Positions 1 through 10,909 of a stretch of DNA of 64,000 nt are shown piece after piece. Positions within the stretch are counted from its first letter, which is position 1; the number at the start of each line of letters is the position of its first letter. The translations under genes were made by a program, and so were the position numbers. This DNA is from Deltaproteobacteria bacterium. Lineage in GTDB: Bacteria > Desulfobacterota_D > UBA1144 > Nemesobacterales > Nemesobacteraceae. The stretch lies in assembly GCA_029262295.1 (NCBI GenBank), contig JAJCZR010000050.1, positions 8,411 to 72,410 on the forward strand. The letters are read 5' to 3'. The notes below the pieces were generated by a model. That model was not told where the DNA came from and made no database searches. It was given only the letters and a program-made list of their open reading frames with translations.

Positions 1-1
1 T

Positions 2-403
2 AATACTAATTACAGCTCTTTGATTGAAGATATTCTTGATTATTTAAGAAACTCTATTGATATTGCAGTTAGCAGTTTTATTCCACATGATAAAATCATT
101 TTGGACCCGGGAATAGGGTTTGGCAAAACTGCCGGGCAAAATATAGAGATAATAAGAAATCTAAATAAATTTACCAAATTAGGTTATCCAGTGTTGATAG
201 GCACATCCAGAAAATCATTTATAGGTAAGATTCTAAATGGTCTTCCTTCAGAAAAAAGATTAATTGGATCAGTTGTTACTGCTGTTGCTTCTGCTTTAAA
301 CGGTGCATCAATTATAAGAGTGCATGATGTTGAAGAGACTAAGCAGGCCTTTAAGATATTAGATGTTTTTTATAATATTTCTCAAAGGAATATAAATGCT
401 TGA
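2..403 (+). CDS. folP: Dihydropteroate synthase, C-terminal part (truncated by window start)
   Basis: Motifs IILDPGIGFGK, LIGTSRKSFIG, IIRVHDV; frame open from position 2. Confidence 0.95.
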   Translation, partial: NTNYSSLIEDILDYLRNSIDIAVSSFIPHDKIILDPGIGFGKTAGQNIEIIRNLNKFTKLGYPVLIGTSRKSFIGKILNGLPSEKRLIGSVVTAVASALNGASIIRVHDVEETKQAFKILDVFYNISQRNINA

Positions 404-1202
404 ATCAATAGAAAATTTTAGATATCTGTGGGATACATTGGATATCTTTCTGGTCGCCCTTATTTTCTACTATATTCTTAGAATTATTGAAGGGACCAGG
501 GCATCTCAAATACTTATAGGGCTTTTCTTACTGTTTTTACTGTTCTTTGTTTCTCAACAATGGGGGCTTTTTACACTTAACTGGCTTTTAGGACATTTTC
601 TTGGATCAATAATACTGATAGTTGTAATTTTGTTTCAAAACGATATCAGGAATGCACTTGCAAGAATAGGAAAGCGGCCATCGCTTTTCAGGTTTAGCCG
701 AACCGATGCAGAAGAATCTACTATTGATAAATTGGTTAAGGCTTCCACTTATATGTCTTCAAGAAAAATAGGTGCCCTGATTGCTATTGAGAGATCAAAT
801 ATACTAAATGACTTTATTGAGATTGGAATGGAAATTGATGCAAATATTTCTACTGAGCTTATAATAAGCATCTTTAATACTCAATCTCCTCTTCATGATG
901 GGGCAATAATAATAAGAAACAATAAAATACTTTCTGCTGGTTCTTTTTTTCCAATTGAGACAGATCCTGATATTGGAAGGGAGTTAGGCACAAGGCACAG
1001 GGCTGCAATCGGCCTTTCCTCTGAGACTGACGCTGTTGTGGTAGTTGTCTCGGAAGAAACTGGCTTAATATCAATTTCTTCTCAAGGCGAAATAACAAGA
1101 GGGCTTGATGCAGCGTCTTTAAACAATAGTTTAGTTGAAATTCTTGGAGTAAAGAAAAAGCCTGAGAAAAATAAGAAAAAATTGTTTTCAAAAGGCTCTT
1201 GA
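396..1202 (+). CDS. dacA: Diadenylate cyclase (CdaA/DacA), 3 TM + DAC domain
   Basis: N-terminal hydrophobic helices; catalytic PLHDGA and GTRHRAA motifs; upstream of ybbR-glmM. Confidence 0.95.
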   Translation: MLESIENFRYLWDTLDIFLVALIFYYILRIIEGTRASQILIGLFLLFLLFFVSQQWGLFTLNWLLGHFLGSIILIVVILFQNDIRNALARIGKRPSLFRFSRTDAEESTIDKLVKASTYMSSRKIGALIAIERSNILNDFIEIGMEIDANISTELIISIFNTQSPLHDGAIIIRNNKILSAGSFFPIETDPDIGRELGTRHRAAIGLSSETDAVVVVVSEETGLISISSQGEITRGLDAASLNNSLVEILGVKKKPEKNKKKLFSKGS

Positions 1203-1208
1203 TTCAAT

Positions 1209-2159
1209 ATGTGGAAAATAAATATAAGTAAAGATAGCAATCCATTTTTTCTAAATCTTGGAAAAAAAACAATAGCAATAGTAATTGCTATTGCTTTATG
1301 GATTGTTGCAAACCTTGAGTTTGATATAGAAAGAAATATAGAAGTTCCAATAAATTTTGTAAATCTGGATAAAAGCTTAATTGTAGTAAATGATGTTCCT
1401 AAAAACGTAAGTCTTAGGGCAAGAGGCCCAAGAAGTGAACTTTCTAATTTTGCTGATTCAAACCTAAACTTAACATTTGATCTTGCTGCTGTTCAAAATG
1501 GCAGTTCTAAGATTGATGTACAGACTGAGAAGCTAACAATTCCTGAAGAAGTACAAATAGTTACTATAAGCCCCGGGGAATTTGAAGTTGAGGTAGATAA
1601 AATTGTAAGTAAATCAGTGGTTGTGAATCCCATAATTGGTGAACCTGACAGAGGGTTTGAAATATCCGGTTCTCCTTTAGTTACACCCTCAAAAGTTGTG
1701 GTCTTAGGCCCAGAGAGGCTTTTATCAAAATTAGATTCTATTAATACTTCAAGGATATCGCTTAACGGTGAAACCTCTAAATTTACAATCCAGGTTCCTT
1801 TGCAACTTCCTTCATCTTTGATTCAAACCCAAAAAGAACAACTTGCAAGGGTTATTGTAGAACTAAATCAGGTGGTCCTTGAAAAAGAGTTTCGAAATGT
1901 AGAGATTTCTCTTAAAAATTTCAATGAGCTAAGTTATGAAATTGATTCAAATCTCAAGGCAGATGTTGTTTTTGATGGCCCATATAATATTATTAACAGT
2001 CTTAAAAGTGATGATATTGAAGTGTTTCTTGATGGAAGCGATATTAGTAAAGAGAAGAAAAAATCTGAAAACCTAAAGGTTAATGTAATCTACCCCTACC
2101 CCGACTCACTTAAACTTACAAAGATTTCTCCAGAAACGGTTAAAATAAGAATTAATTAG
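1209..2159 (+). CDS. ybbR: YbbR/CdaR-like regulator of diadenylate cyclase
   Basis: N-terminal anchor (IAIVIAIALW), repeated beta-rich YbbR-like segments (P..V...GP), position between dacA and glmM. Confidence 0.85.
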   Translation: MWKINISKDSNPFFLNLGKKTIAIVIAIALWIVANLEFDIERNIEVPINFVNLDKSLIVVNDVPKNVSLRARGPRSELSNFADSNLNLTFDLAAVQNGSSKIDVQTEKLTIPEEVQIVTISPGEFEVEVDKIVSKSVVVNPIIGEPDRGFEISGSPLVTPSKVVVLGPERLLSKLDSINTSRISLNGETSKFTIQVPLQLPSSLIQTQKEQLARVIVELNQVVLEKEFRNVEISLKNFNELSYEIDSNLKADVVFDGPYNIINSLKSDDIEVFLDGSDISKEKKKSENLKVNVIYPYPDSLKLTKISPETVKIRIN

Positions 2160-2183
2160 TTTTACCGGGAGGACTAATCACAG

Positions 2184-3545
2184 TTGAATAATAGAAAACT
2201 TTTTGGAACTGATGGTATCAGAGGAATTGCCAATAAGCATCCTATGACACCTGAGATATCATTAAAACTTGGAAAATCCATAACAAGTTTTTTAAAAAAC
2301 CATATTTCTCACTCACCCAAAATCCTGATTGGAAAAGACACAAGGCTTTCCGGTTATATATTTGAGCAGGCAATATCAGCGGGTATCACTTCGATGGGTG
2401 GTGAGGTAATACTTGTGGGACCATTGCCAACACCTGCAATTGCATTTTTAACCTCTAATATGAGAGCTGATGCAGGAATTGTTATTTCCGCTTCACATAA
2501 CCCTTATCAGGATAATGGAATTAAAATATTTGATAGAAATGGTTTTAAACTTCCAGACGATATTGAATCTGAAATTGAAAAGCTTATTTTAGATGATATT
2601 AATTCACTTGAGGGCATTCCCTCAGAAATAGGTAAAGCAAAAAGAATTGATGATGCAATTGGAAGATATATTGTTTTTCTAAAAAACACATTTCCTAGTG
2701 ATCTCACTCTTGATGGATTAAAAATTGTTATTGACTGTGCAAATGGTGCTGCTTATAAAGTTGCCCCAATTGTTTTTGAAGAACTAGGGGCAGATGTTAC
2801 TACAATTGGAGCAAAGCCTGATGGAAAAAATATTAATGTCGATTGTGGCAGCCTTAATCCCCAAATACTTATTGATAAAGTTCTTGAGATTGGTGCTGAT
2901 ATTGGAATTGCGCTAGATGGAGATGCAGACAGGGTGATATTCTGTGATGAAAATGGCAGTGAGGTTGATGGTGACAAGATAATCGCAATTTCCGCCACTG
3001 ATATGATTGAAAATAATACTTTAAAATCAGACATTGTTGTGGCAACACAGATGAGCAACATAGCCCTTGAGAAATATTTGAACGATAAAGGAATTAAGCT
3101 TGAAAGAACAAATGTGGGTGATAGGTATGTTGTGGAAGCTATGAAAAAAAATGGTTCAAACCTGGGCGGTGAAAAATCAGGACATCTTATTTATCTGGAT
3201 CATACAACAACTGGTGATGGACTTTTAGCTTCGTTGCAACTTCTATCAATAATGAAAAAGAATAACAAACCTCTTTCCAGACTTGCTGAGATTATAGAGC
3301 TCTTCCCACAAACATTAAATAATATTAAAGTGTTGGAGAAAAAACCTTTTAAAAATATTACAGGGTTAAGTGATCTGGTCTCAAAATTTGAAAATGAGCT
3401 TAACACTAGTGGAAGAATAAACCTAAGATATTCTGGCACAGAACAACTTGCCCGTGTAATGGTTGAGGGAGAAGACGAAGTTAAAATAAATAGAATTGCG
3501 GATGATATTTCAAGTTTTATTCAGGAAAGTATTGGAGAGAATTAA
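2184..3545 (+). CDS. glmM: Phosphoglucosamine mutase
   Basis: [15 protein letters not shown] phosphoserine loop, DGDADR, RYSGTE. Confidence 0.97.
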   Translation: MNNRKLFGTDGIRGIANKHPMTPEISLKLGKSITSFLKNHISHSPKILIGKDTRLSGYIFEQAISAGITSMGGEVILVGPLPTPAIAFLTSNMRADAGIVISASHNPYQDNGIKIFDRNGFKLPDDIESEIEKLILDDINSLEGIPSEIGKAKRIDDAIGRYIVFLKNTFPSDLTLDGLKIVIDCANGAAYKVAPIVFEELGADVTTIGAKPDGKNINVDCGSLNPQILIDKVLEIGADIGIALDGDADRVIFCDENGSEVDGDKIIAISATDMIENNTLKSDIVVATQMSNIALEKYLNDKGIKLERTNVGDRYVVEAMKKNGSNLGGEKSGHLIYLDHTTTGDGLLASLQLLSIMKKNNKPLSRLAEIIELFPQTLNNIKVLEKKPFKNITGLSDLVSKFENELNTSGRINLRYSGTEQLARVMVEGEDEVKINRIADDISSFIQESIGEN

Positions 3546-4261
3546 TGCCGAGGTTAAACGTTAATATTGACCATGTTGCAACAATTAGACAGGCTCGTGG
3601 TGGTAATGACCCTGATCCAGTTGCTGCTGCCACTATTTGTGAACTTGCAGGTGCAAGTGGAATAGTTGTTCATTTAAGAGAAGATAGAAGGCACGCTCAG
3701 GATAGGGATATTGAGATTTTAAGAAAAACTTTAAAAACAAAACTTAATATGGAAATGGCTGCCACTTCAGAAATGGTTGGGATAGCAAAGAAAATTAAGC
3801 CTGATATGGTAACCCTGGTCCCAGAAAAAAGACAAGAAGTTACAACTGAAGGCGGTTTGGATGTAACCGGTAATTTTGAGCTAATTAAAGATACCGTAAA
3901 CAAATTAAAAAAGTCGGATATTTTTGTCAGCCTTTTTATTGATCCAGAAGATTCACAGATTCAATCTTCAAAAGATTCAGGTGCGCAGATGGTTGAGTTT
4001 CATACAGGAAGTTATGCTGATGCAAAAACTGAGATGGATCAAATTAATGAACTTAAAAAAGTAAAAGATTCTGTTGAAACAGCACTATCTATTGGAATGA
4101 GAGTTTCAGCCGGACATGGGCTAAATTACTTTAATGTAAGAGAAGTCGTATCAATTGATGGAATTGAAGAATTAAATATTGGTCATAGTATTGTATCCAG
4201 AGCTGTGCTTGTAGGAATGGATGAAGCGGTAAGAGATATGGTCTATCTGTGTGAGGTTTAG
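3545..4261 (+). CDS. pdxJ: Pyridoxine 5'-phosphate synthase
   Basis: [42 protein letters not shown]. Confidence 0.97.
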   Translation: MPRLNVNIDHVATIRQARGGNDPDPVAAATICELAGASGIVVHLREDRRHAQDRDIEILRKTLKTKLNMEMAATSEMVGIAKKIKPDMVTLVPEKRQEVTTEGGLDVTGNFELIKDTVNKLKKSDIFVSLFIDPEDSQIQSSKDSGAQMVEFHTGSYADAKTEMDQINELKKVKDSVETALSIGMRVSAGHGLNYFNVREVVSIDGIEELNIGHSIVSRAVLVGMDEAVRDMVYLCEV

Positions 4262-4266
4262 TTGAA

Positions 4267-4644
4267 ATGGTAGTCGGGCTTGGTGTTGATATCATTCAAA
4301 ATGAACGTATAGAAAGTGTTGTAAAAAAATGGGGAGACAAGTTCCTTAATAAATTTTTTAGTGACAATGAAATTAATTCACTCGATAAAACCAGGAATAA
4401 GGATCAGAGGTTAGCTGCAAATTATGCCGCTAAAGAAGCATTTGTTAAAGCTATGGGCACTGGTTTTAGAAGTGGAATGAAATTCAAATATATAGAAGTT
4501 AAAAGAGACAGCTTGGGTAAACCTTATATTGATACTCATGGTAAAGTTAAAGACGCCGTCGCTAAAAAAGGGGTTAGCAATATTCATTTATCAATTTCCC
4601 ATGAAAAAGATTATTCAGTGGCAGTAGTGATTTTTGAAAACTGA
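4267..4644 (+). CDS. acpS: Holo-ACP synthase
   Basis: GLGVDI, AAKEAFVKAMGTG, LSISHE; follows pdxJ. Confidence 0.95.
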   Translation: MVVGLGVDIIQNERIESVVKKWGDKFLNKFFSDNEINSLDKTRNKDQRLAANYAAKEAFVKAMGTGFRSGMKFKYIEVKRDSLGKPYIDTHGKVKDAVAKKGVSNIHLSISHEKDYSVAVVIFEN

Positions 4645-4713
4645 ATATTTTAGAACCGAACTTAACTCCAACTAAATCTAAATTTAATATTAAACTGACT
4701 TTTTCATAACATT

Positions 4714-5784
4714 ATGTGGAATGAGAATAAATTAACAAAACTTCTAGATATTAAATATCCAATAATTCAGGCCCCTATGGCAGGTGGCCCTACAACACCT
4801 GAACTTATAGCAGCTGTTTCTAATAATGGTGGACTTGGTTCACTTGGAGCCGGTTATCTTGCTCCCAAAAAACTCAGGGAAGAAATTAAAAAGACTAAAG
4901 AGCTTACAGACAAACCAATTTCAATAAACCTTTTTGTTCCTGAGTTTCCTGAAGATAATATTGAACAAAAAGAAAAAATTATTGAACTCCTAAAACCTTA
5001 TAGAAAAGAACTTGGGCTTACCGAAGCACCTGAAATTAGTTCTATACAACAATCTTTTGATGAGCAGTTAAATATAATTCTGGAAGAAGATATTAAAATT
5101 TTAAGTTTCACTTTTGGTGTTTCATCTGAAGATTGGATAAAAAGATTAAAGGATGAAGATGTAATTCTGATTGGAACTGCAACAACTGTTGATGAAGCGA
5201 TTGAACTAGAGAATAAAGGTGCAGATGTAGTTGTTGCTCAGGGAAGTGAGTCTGGTGGGCACAGAGGCACTTTTAAAGGTAAGTTTGAAGATAGCCTTAT
5301 TGGCACAATGGCATTAGTCCCTCAGGTTGTAGATAATGTTTCAATACCTGTTGTAGCTGCTGGTGGAATCATGGATGCCAGGGGAATTGTTGCCGCTCTT
5401 GTCCTTGGTGCAAGTGGTGTGCAGATGGGAAGTGCATTTCTTACATGTAAAGAAAGTGGGGCAAATGATCTTCACAAAAATGCTATTCTTGAAAGTAAGG
5501 AAAGTGATACCGTTACCACAAAAGTTTTTTCTGGAAAGATGGCAAGAGGTATAAGAAACAAATTTATTGATGACTTTCAAAAGTACGAGAATGATGTGCC
5601 GCCCTACCCCATTCAAAATACTTTAACCCGAGAGCTCCGTCAGTCAGCAGCGAAAAGCAATAAACCAGAGTATATGTCGCTTTGGTCAGGTCAGGGAATA
5701 AGAATGAGTAAAACTCTCTCTGTAAAAGAACTTATGGAAGAATTGACTAAAGGAGTCAGTAATATTTTATCTAAAAGCTGGTAG
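4714..5784 (+). CDS. Nitronate monooxygenase family flavoprotein
   Basis: PIIQAPMAGG, QGSESGGHRG, VVAAGGIMD, SLWSGQG. Confidence 0.9.
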   Translation: MWNENKLTKLLDIKYPIIQAPMAGGPTTPELIAAVSNNGGLGSLGAGYLAPKKLREEIKKTKELTDKPISINLFVPEFPEDNIEQKEKIIELLKPYRKELGLTEAPEISSIQQSFDEQLNIILEEDIKILSFTFGVSSEDWIKRLKDEDVILIGTATTVDEAIELENKGADVVVAQGSESGGHRGTFKGKFEDSLIGTMALVPQVVDNVSIPVVAAGGIMDARGIVAALVLGASGVQMGSAFLTCKESGANDLHKNAILESKESDTVTTKVFSGKMARGIRNKFIDDFQKYENDVPPYPIQNTLTRELRQSAAKSNKPEYMSLWSGQGIRMSKTLSVKELMEELTKGVSNILSKSW

Positions 5785-5795
5785 AATCTTTTATT

Positions 5796-6017
5796 ATGAA
5801 TACTTTAAATATTTCTGGTGATGATATTAAATTTTCAAAGCTTGTCGAAAAAGTAAACAAAACGAAAAAGCCAACTAAAATAAAAAGTAAGATAGGAAAC
5901 TTTGTTATAATGTCTTTACAGGAATATAAATCTTATAAAGAAACACTTTATCTTTTAAAAAGCCCAAAAAATGCAAGTAGATTACTAAAATCTATAGAAG
6001 AATTTGAAAAAGCATAA
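5796..6017 (+). CDS. yefM: Phd/YefM-family antitoxin (no adjacent toxin)
   Basis: VIMSLQEY...ETLYLLKSPKNASRLLKSI matches the YefM C-terminal half. Confidence 0.8.
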   Translation: MNTLNISGDDIKFSKLVEKVNKTKKPTKIKSKIGNFVIMSLQEYKSYKETLYLLKSPKNASRLLKSIEEFEKA

Positions 6018-6040
6018 AAGTTAGCACATTATGATTTCAT

Positions 6041-7261
6041 TTAAGTGATTTTACTAATCGTCAATCCCTGTACAAGAATAGAAAATAGCACAACCAAATA
6101 AGTTATTGAGACTATGACTTCTCTCTCTGCTCCTAATGGAATAGAAAGGGCAAGTGCTACAGAAATGCCGCCCCTGAGAGCTCCCCAAGTCATGATTTTT
6201 ACTGCATTTGGGCTAAAATCTTTAAAATTATTAAGTAAAGTGACAGGAATTTTTACAACAATATATCTTGCAAACAAAACGGTTGGAATAATTAAAAGAC
6301 CTGCAAACAGATAATTATTATTGAAAGTAAGAATTATTATTTCCAAACCGATTAAAACAAAAAGCACGACATTTAATATTTCATCAATCAATTCCCAAAA
6401 TTTGTCTAAATTCTCACGTGTTTCATCGCTCATTGCAAAATGCCTTCCCCTATTACCAATTAAAAGACCCGCAATTACTACTGCAATTGGGCCTGACAAA
6501 TGAAGATACGAAGCAAGACCATATCCACCCATTACTAGCGCAAGAGTTAATAGTATTTCCACCTGGTAGTTGTTGACCGTCTTTAGCATTTTATAAACTA
6601 TATATCCAGTTGCAAAACCAAATACCCCACCACCAACTGCTTCAACAACAAAAAGCTTAATTCCATCAGTGAGGTGAAATTCATGAGTAGAAGTGGCAAT
6701 CTCTAGTATGATTAAAAAGACTACGACCCCTACCCCATCGTTAAACAGGGATTCACCAACTACTTTTGTTTCAAGAGATTTTGGTATACCAGCTTTTTTA
6801 AGTATCCCGAGTACTGCTATTGGATCCGTGGGTGAGATCAAAGCTCCGAATAATAAACAATAGATAAACGGCAAACTAATTCCAATAAAGTTAAATATAT
6901 AGAAAGAAGCAGCACCAATAATAAATGTAGAGAGTACTACTCCAAAAGTGGCCAGAATTGCGATTATCCATTTCTGATCTCTTAGATCATTTATGTTTAC
7001 ATGAAGAGCACCTGCGAAGAGAAGAAAGCTAAGCATTCCCTGCATTAGAGTTTCATCAAAATCAATATTTGAAATAAGTATTTCAGCCTTATCTTCCAAT
7101 CCCGAATAGCCAAATTGACTCAAAAGAATCAAGATTAGAGATGCGACAAGTGCAATTGCCATAACTCCAATGGTTGTTGGAAGCTTTATGAACTTATAAT
7201 TGATATAACTAAAGAGTGCTGAAATGGTTATTATTATTGCAATAAGGTTTATTAATTCCAT
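6041..7261 (-). CDS. nhaP: CPA1 Na+/H+ antiporter (NhaP type)
   Basis: Polytopic membrane protein; [31 protein letters not shown]. Confidence 0.92.
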   Translation of the reverse strand: MELINLIAIIITISALFSYINYKFIKLPTTIGVMAIALVASLILILLSQFGYSGLEDKAEILISNIDFDETLMQGMLSFLLFAGALHVNINDLRDQKWIIAILATFGVVLSTFIIGAASFYIFNFIGISLPFIYCLLFGALISPTDPIAVLGILKKAGIPKSLETKVVGESLFNDGVGVVVFLIILEIATSTHEFHLTDGIKLFVVEAVGGGVFGFATGYIVYKMLKTVNNYQVEILLTLALVMGGYGLASYLHLSGPIAVVIAGLLIGNRGRHFAMSDETRENLDKFWELIDEILNVVLFVLIGLEIIILTFNNNYLFAGLLIIPTVLFARYIVVKIPVTLLNNFKDFSPNAVKIMTWGALRGGISVALALSIPLGAEREVIVSITYLVVLFSILVQGLTISKIT

Positions 7262-7309
7262 AGGCGGGGAATAATTATAAAGTCTTTCTTCAAGTTTTAA
7301 AGGCTTTAG

Positions 7310-7342
7310 TATAATGAAATTGGGAAATATATGATATATTTC
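7310..7342 (+). promoter_or_regulatory. Putative -10 box and palindromic operator of the TA operon
   Basis: TATAAT at 7310-7315 followed by perfect inverted repeat GAAATATAT-G-ATATATTTC (7324-7342). Confidence 0.45.
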
Positions 7343-7373
7343 AAGTAAATATAGATTTTGGGGAGATTGAGAT

Positions 7374-7559
7374 ATGGAAACTACTAAAGTTAAAGATGAA
7401 GCAAAAATCCTTATTGAAGAACTCTCAGACGATGCATCATGGGATGATCTGATGTATAAAATATATGTGAGAAAGGCGATTGATTCTGGACTTAAGGATA
7501 GTGAGAATAATAAAACTCAGAAACTAAATGAAGTACGTTCAAAATTTGGTCTCAAGTAG
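7374..7559 (+). CDS. Putative type II antitoxin
   Basis: 61 aa, acidic N-terminal half; GGAG RBS; stop overlaps GTG start of the RelE/ParE gene. Confidence 0.7.
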   Translation: METTKVKDEAKILIEELSDDASWDDLMYKIYVRKAIDSGLKDSENNKTQKLNEVRSKFGLK

Positions 7560-7846
7560 TGAAAGTCAAATGGACAAATTCAGCTGTCGATCACTTAATT
7601 TCAATACACGAATACATATCTCAAAATTCAGAAATTTATGCCAATAATGTTTTAGAAAAACTTATCGATCGTTCTGAACAACTAAATTTTTTTCCAAATT
7701 CAGGTCGAGTTGTTCCTGAGTATAAAAGCGACAAAATACGTGAATTGATAGAAAATCCCTACCGAATTATATACCTAATAAAAGAAGGACAGATAGATAT
7801 ACTTGCAGTAATTCATACTGCTCAACAAATCAAAAATAAAAAGTAA
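7559..7846 (+). CDS. RelE/ParE-family toxin
   Basis: MKVKWTNSA..L..I..YI, FPNSGRVVPE, RELIENPYRIIY, ILAVIH. Confidence 0.88.
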   Translation: MKVKWTNSAVDHLISIHEYISQNSEIYANNVLEKLIDRSEQLNFFPNSGRVVPEYKSDKIRELIENPYRIIYLIKEGQIDILAVIHTAQQIKNKK

Positions 7847-7854
7847 TTTTTCAA

Positions 7855-9081
7855 ATGCAAAAAAACATTGAAAAGCTATTTAATACTGGCCTTTTTAATA
7901 TAAAGCCAAGCCTTGAACGAATTGAGAAAGTGCTTGAATTACTTGATTTCCCTCATAATAAAAGAAAATTTGTGATTGTTGGTGGTACTAATGGGAAGGG
8001 TTCAGTTTGTACTTTTCTTGCAAAAATATTAGAAGAAAATGGCTATAAAACAGGATTATATACTTCTCCCCACCTTATTAGTGCCACTGAAAGGATAAAG
8101 ATTGATGGAAAACAAATATCTGAAACTGAATTAGACAATCTATTGGGTCAGATATTTAGTATTTGTCATGAAAATGAAGTTAAACTCAGCTATTTTGAAC
8201 TTGTTACTGCAGCTGCATTTATATATTTTGATAAAAACAGTATTGATATTGGAATACTTGAGGTGGGAATGGGCGGAAGATGGGATGCAACAAACGTAGT
8301 TGAGCCACTTATTTCAGTTATTACAAATGTTTCACTGGATCATACAAAGTATTTAGGTAACACAATAAAGGAAATAGCAGCTGAAAAAGCTGAAATTATT
8401 AAGAAAAACGGAATTGTTTTAACTACGGCAGAAACCGAAGCCTTAGAGGTTATTGAAGCTAAATCAAATGAGGTTTCGGCTAAACTGTATAATATAGAAA
8501 ACAAATCAATTTTAAAAGACCTCAACTTAACATTTAAACCAAAATATCAAGAAAAAAATATAGTGCTATCAGTAGCTTGTGCTGATATTCTAAATAAACA
8601 CTTTAACTATAAAATTGATGCACTCAAGCTTGAGAAAGCAATAAACAATACTATTTTTGAGGGAAGATTCGAGATTTTAAGAGAAAATCCGCCTTTAATT
8701 ATTGATGGTGGACATAATGTGGATGCTGCAAAGAATCTTGTTGTTTCTTTAATAAACCTTTATCCAGATACGAAATTTAATTTTCTCATCTCTATGCTTA
8801 ACACAAAAGATTTAGATGGTTTTTTGAAAGAAATACAAAATGTTTCATCTCAATTAATAATTACAGAAATTCCTGATAAGTTATCATTTACTTCTGACGA
8901 AATAGAAAGAGCTGTTAAAAATCAGAAATTTTCCAAATACGAGATTATAAAAGACCCTGAAGATGCGTTTAATGAGCTTAAAAGTTATAATAGCCCTTCA
9001 TGTGTAAGCGGTTCTTTATACTTAATCGGATATCTTAAAAAAGAGGTAATTAATGAAAAAACTGGCACTGGTAAAAGATGA
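7855..9081 (+). CDS. folC: Folylpolyglutamate/dihydrofolate synthase
   Basis: GTNGKGS P-loop, YTSPHL, EVGMGGRWDATNV, DGGHN. Confidence 0.95.
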   Translation: MQKNIEKLFNTGLFNIKPSLERIEKVLELLDFPHNKRKFVIVGGTNGKGSVCTFLAKILEENGYKTGLYTSPHLISATERIKIDGKQISETELDNLLGQIFSICHENEVKLSYFELVTAAAFIYFDKNSIDIGILEVGMGGRWDATNVVEPLISVITNVSLDHTKYLGNTIKEIAAEKAEIIKKNGIVLTTAETEALEVIEAKSNEVSAKLYNIENKSILKDLNLTFKPKYQEKNIVLSVACADILNKHFNYKIDALKLEKAINNTIFEGRFEILRENPPLIIDGGHNVDAAKNLVVSLINLYPDTKFNFLISMLNTKDLDGFLKEIQNVSSQLIITEIPDKLSFTSDEIERAVKNQKFSKYEIIKDPEDAFNELKSYNSPSCVSGSLYLIGYLKKEVINEKTGTGKR

Positions 9082-10087
9082 TCTTTTCTTTCAACACACA
9101 AACGGACCTAATCATCCAGAGTGTGCTGAAAGGTTGACAAGCATTTTTAATAAACTTGAAGAGACAAAACTAATAGACAAGACTGTATCAATAGATTTTA
9201 GCCCCGCCACAGAAGAAGATATAACCAGGGTTCATACGAAAGAGCATTTCGATAGGATAAAAGCTACAGCAGGTAAAGAGTTTGTTAAATTGGATGAAGA
9301 TACTGCCACTTGTCCTGTATCCTTTGATGCTGCAATGATGGCCTCAGGATCATTAATTTCATCTTTTGACCACATACTTTCTGGAGAAATTGATACTGCT
9401 TTTACTTTTGCCCGTCCTGCAGGACATCATGCAGAAAAAAATAAGCCAATGGGTTTTTGCCTTTTCAACTATGTAGCCGTTGCGGCTGCCCATTTGTTGC
9501 ATAAACATAAAATGGATCGTGTACTAATAATTGACTGGGATGTACACCACGGGAATGGCACACAAAACATATTTTTTGATGATCCCAGGGTGCTTTTCTT
9601 TTCTATTCATCAGTATCCATTTTACCCGGGTACTGGAAGCCTTAAGGAGTTGGGTTACGATAAAGGACTTGGATATAATGTGAATGTACCTATTCCATCT
9701 ATGTTTGGAGATGATGATTATTTAAGAATATTTCAAGAAATATTAAAACCGGTAATTACTCAATACAAACCCCAGTTCACAATAATTTCAGCAGGTTTTG
9801 ACGCCTTTTTTATTGATCCGTTAGGTGGAATGAGGATTACTGCAAATGGTTTTGCAAAGTTAACACGTTTTGTAATGGATGCTGCAAAAGATCATTCTGA
9901 CAATAAAATAGCTTTTGCTCTAGAGGGTGGTTACAACCTTGGAGAACTTGGAAATATTGCGAAAGAAGTTGTAGAAGAAATCCTTGATATAAATGTTTCT
10001 TCAACAGAATTTACTAAAGAAAACACTATGTGTGATCACACTATAGATGAGGTTAAAGAAGTTTATTCACCATATTGGAAGTTCTAG
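9053..10087 (+). CDS. Zn-dependent histone deacetylase-family protein
   Basis: HPE..ERL, RPAGHHA, GFCLFN, DWDVHHGNGTQ, SAGFDA, LEGGY. Confidence 0.93.
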   Translation: MKKLALVKDDLFFQHTNGPNHPECAERLTSIFNKLEETKLIDKTVSIDFSPATEEDITRVHTKEHFDRIKATAGKEFVKLDEDTATCPVSFDAAMMASGSLISSFDHILSGEIDTAFTFARPAGHHAEKNKPMGFCLFNYVAVAAAHLLHKHKMDRVLIIDWDVHHGNGTQNIFFDDPRVLFFSIHQYPFYPGTGSLKELGYDKGLGYNVNVPIPSMFGDDDYLRIFQEILKPVITQYKPQFTIISAGFDAFFIDPLGGMRITANGFAKLTRFVMDAAKDHSDNKIAFALEGGYNLGELGNIAKEVVEEILDINVSSTEFTKENTMCDHTIDEVKEVYSPYWKF

Positions 10088-10908
10088 TTATTGGGGTTAG
10101 CACTGTTTTCTTTTCTATAATCCCTGCCTTCAAGCAGGTAAAGTTCGCACATCTCATAGAGCCTTGAAGAGATCCTCTCCCCTATCCTATCTTCAAGAAT
10201 TTCAGTTGTATGGCTTCCCTTGTTAAGCTTATCTTTTGAAATGTAGTTTGTGGTTATAAGTGTTTTCTTTGAAGAATTGTATCTTTTAGAGATAAGTTGG
10301 TCGAGAATATTGATTTCCCATTCATTGCTTTTTCCTTTTCCAAGTTCATCAATTACTAAAACTTCAGTTTCAACGAGTGGGCTAATAATATCGTTCTCGG
10401 CAACTCCGTCTGAATATGCCTTTTTTAATTCATTAAGGAGAAAGAAAAAATCCTTAAACATACAGTTAACCCCTTTTTTAAGGGTTAACTCAGCAATGGT
10501 ACCAATTGCCAAATGCGTTTTCCCCACTCCTGACGGCCCCATGAGAATAAACCCTCTGTTAAAAGGGAATTTATCCACAAAATCTTCCTTGGCATACGAA
10601 AGGGCAGCATAATGACTTTTATCTTTCGGGATCAGGCTATCAGCCTGAAGTATTTTATAGTATTTCGAAGGTATTTGAGCTTTATTATACCGTTTTACTC
10701 TAAGTCTTGTTGAACTGCATTCGGTGCATTTTTCAAGGTAGCTATACCCTCTTTGATTTTCTTTAAGAATAAAACCCTCACCATCGCAATCATTACAATC
10801 TGAAACACACTTGCAAACCTCAGCATAAGCATATTCGCCATTTCTTGCAACCACATAGCCTTGGTTGTGGCATTCTTTGCAAACAGGTTTATTCTTTTTT
10901 TTTGCCAT
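10084..10908 (-). CDS. DnaC/DnaI/IstB-like AAA+ ATPase with Cys-rich N-terminus
   Basis: Walker A GPSGVGKTHL, Walker B VLVIDELG, LITTN, GERISSRL, GRDYR; eight N-terminal Cys. Confidence 0.85.
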   Translation of the reverse strand: MAKKKNKPVCKECHNQGYVVARNGEYAYAEVCKCVSDCNDCDGEGFILKENQRGYSYLEKCTECSSTRLRVKRYNKAQIPSKYYKILQADSLIPKDKSHYAALSYAKEDFVDKFPFNRGFILMGPSGVGKTHLAIGTIAELTLKKGVNCMFKDFFFLLNELKKAYSDGVAENDIISPLVETEVLVIDELGKGKSNEWEINILDQLISKRYNSSKKTLITTNYISKDKLNKGSHTTEILEDRIGERISSRLYEMCELYLLEGRDYRKENSANPNN

Positions 10909-10909
10909 A

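Noticed and set aside
10084..10908. ATPase as IS21 IstB
   Set aside because: No IstA transposase or terminal repeats; Zn-finger N-terminus and operon context fit a DnaC-like protein better.
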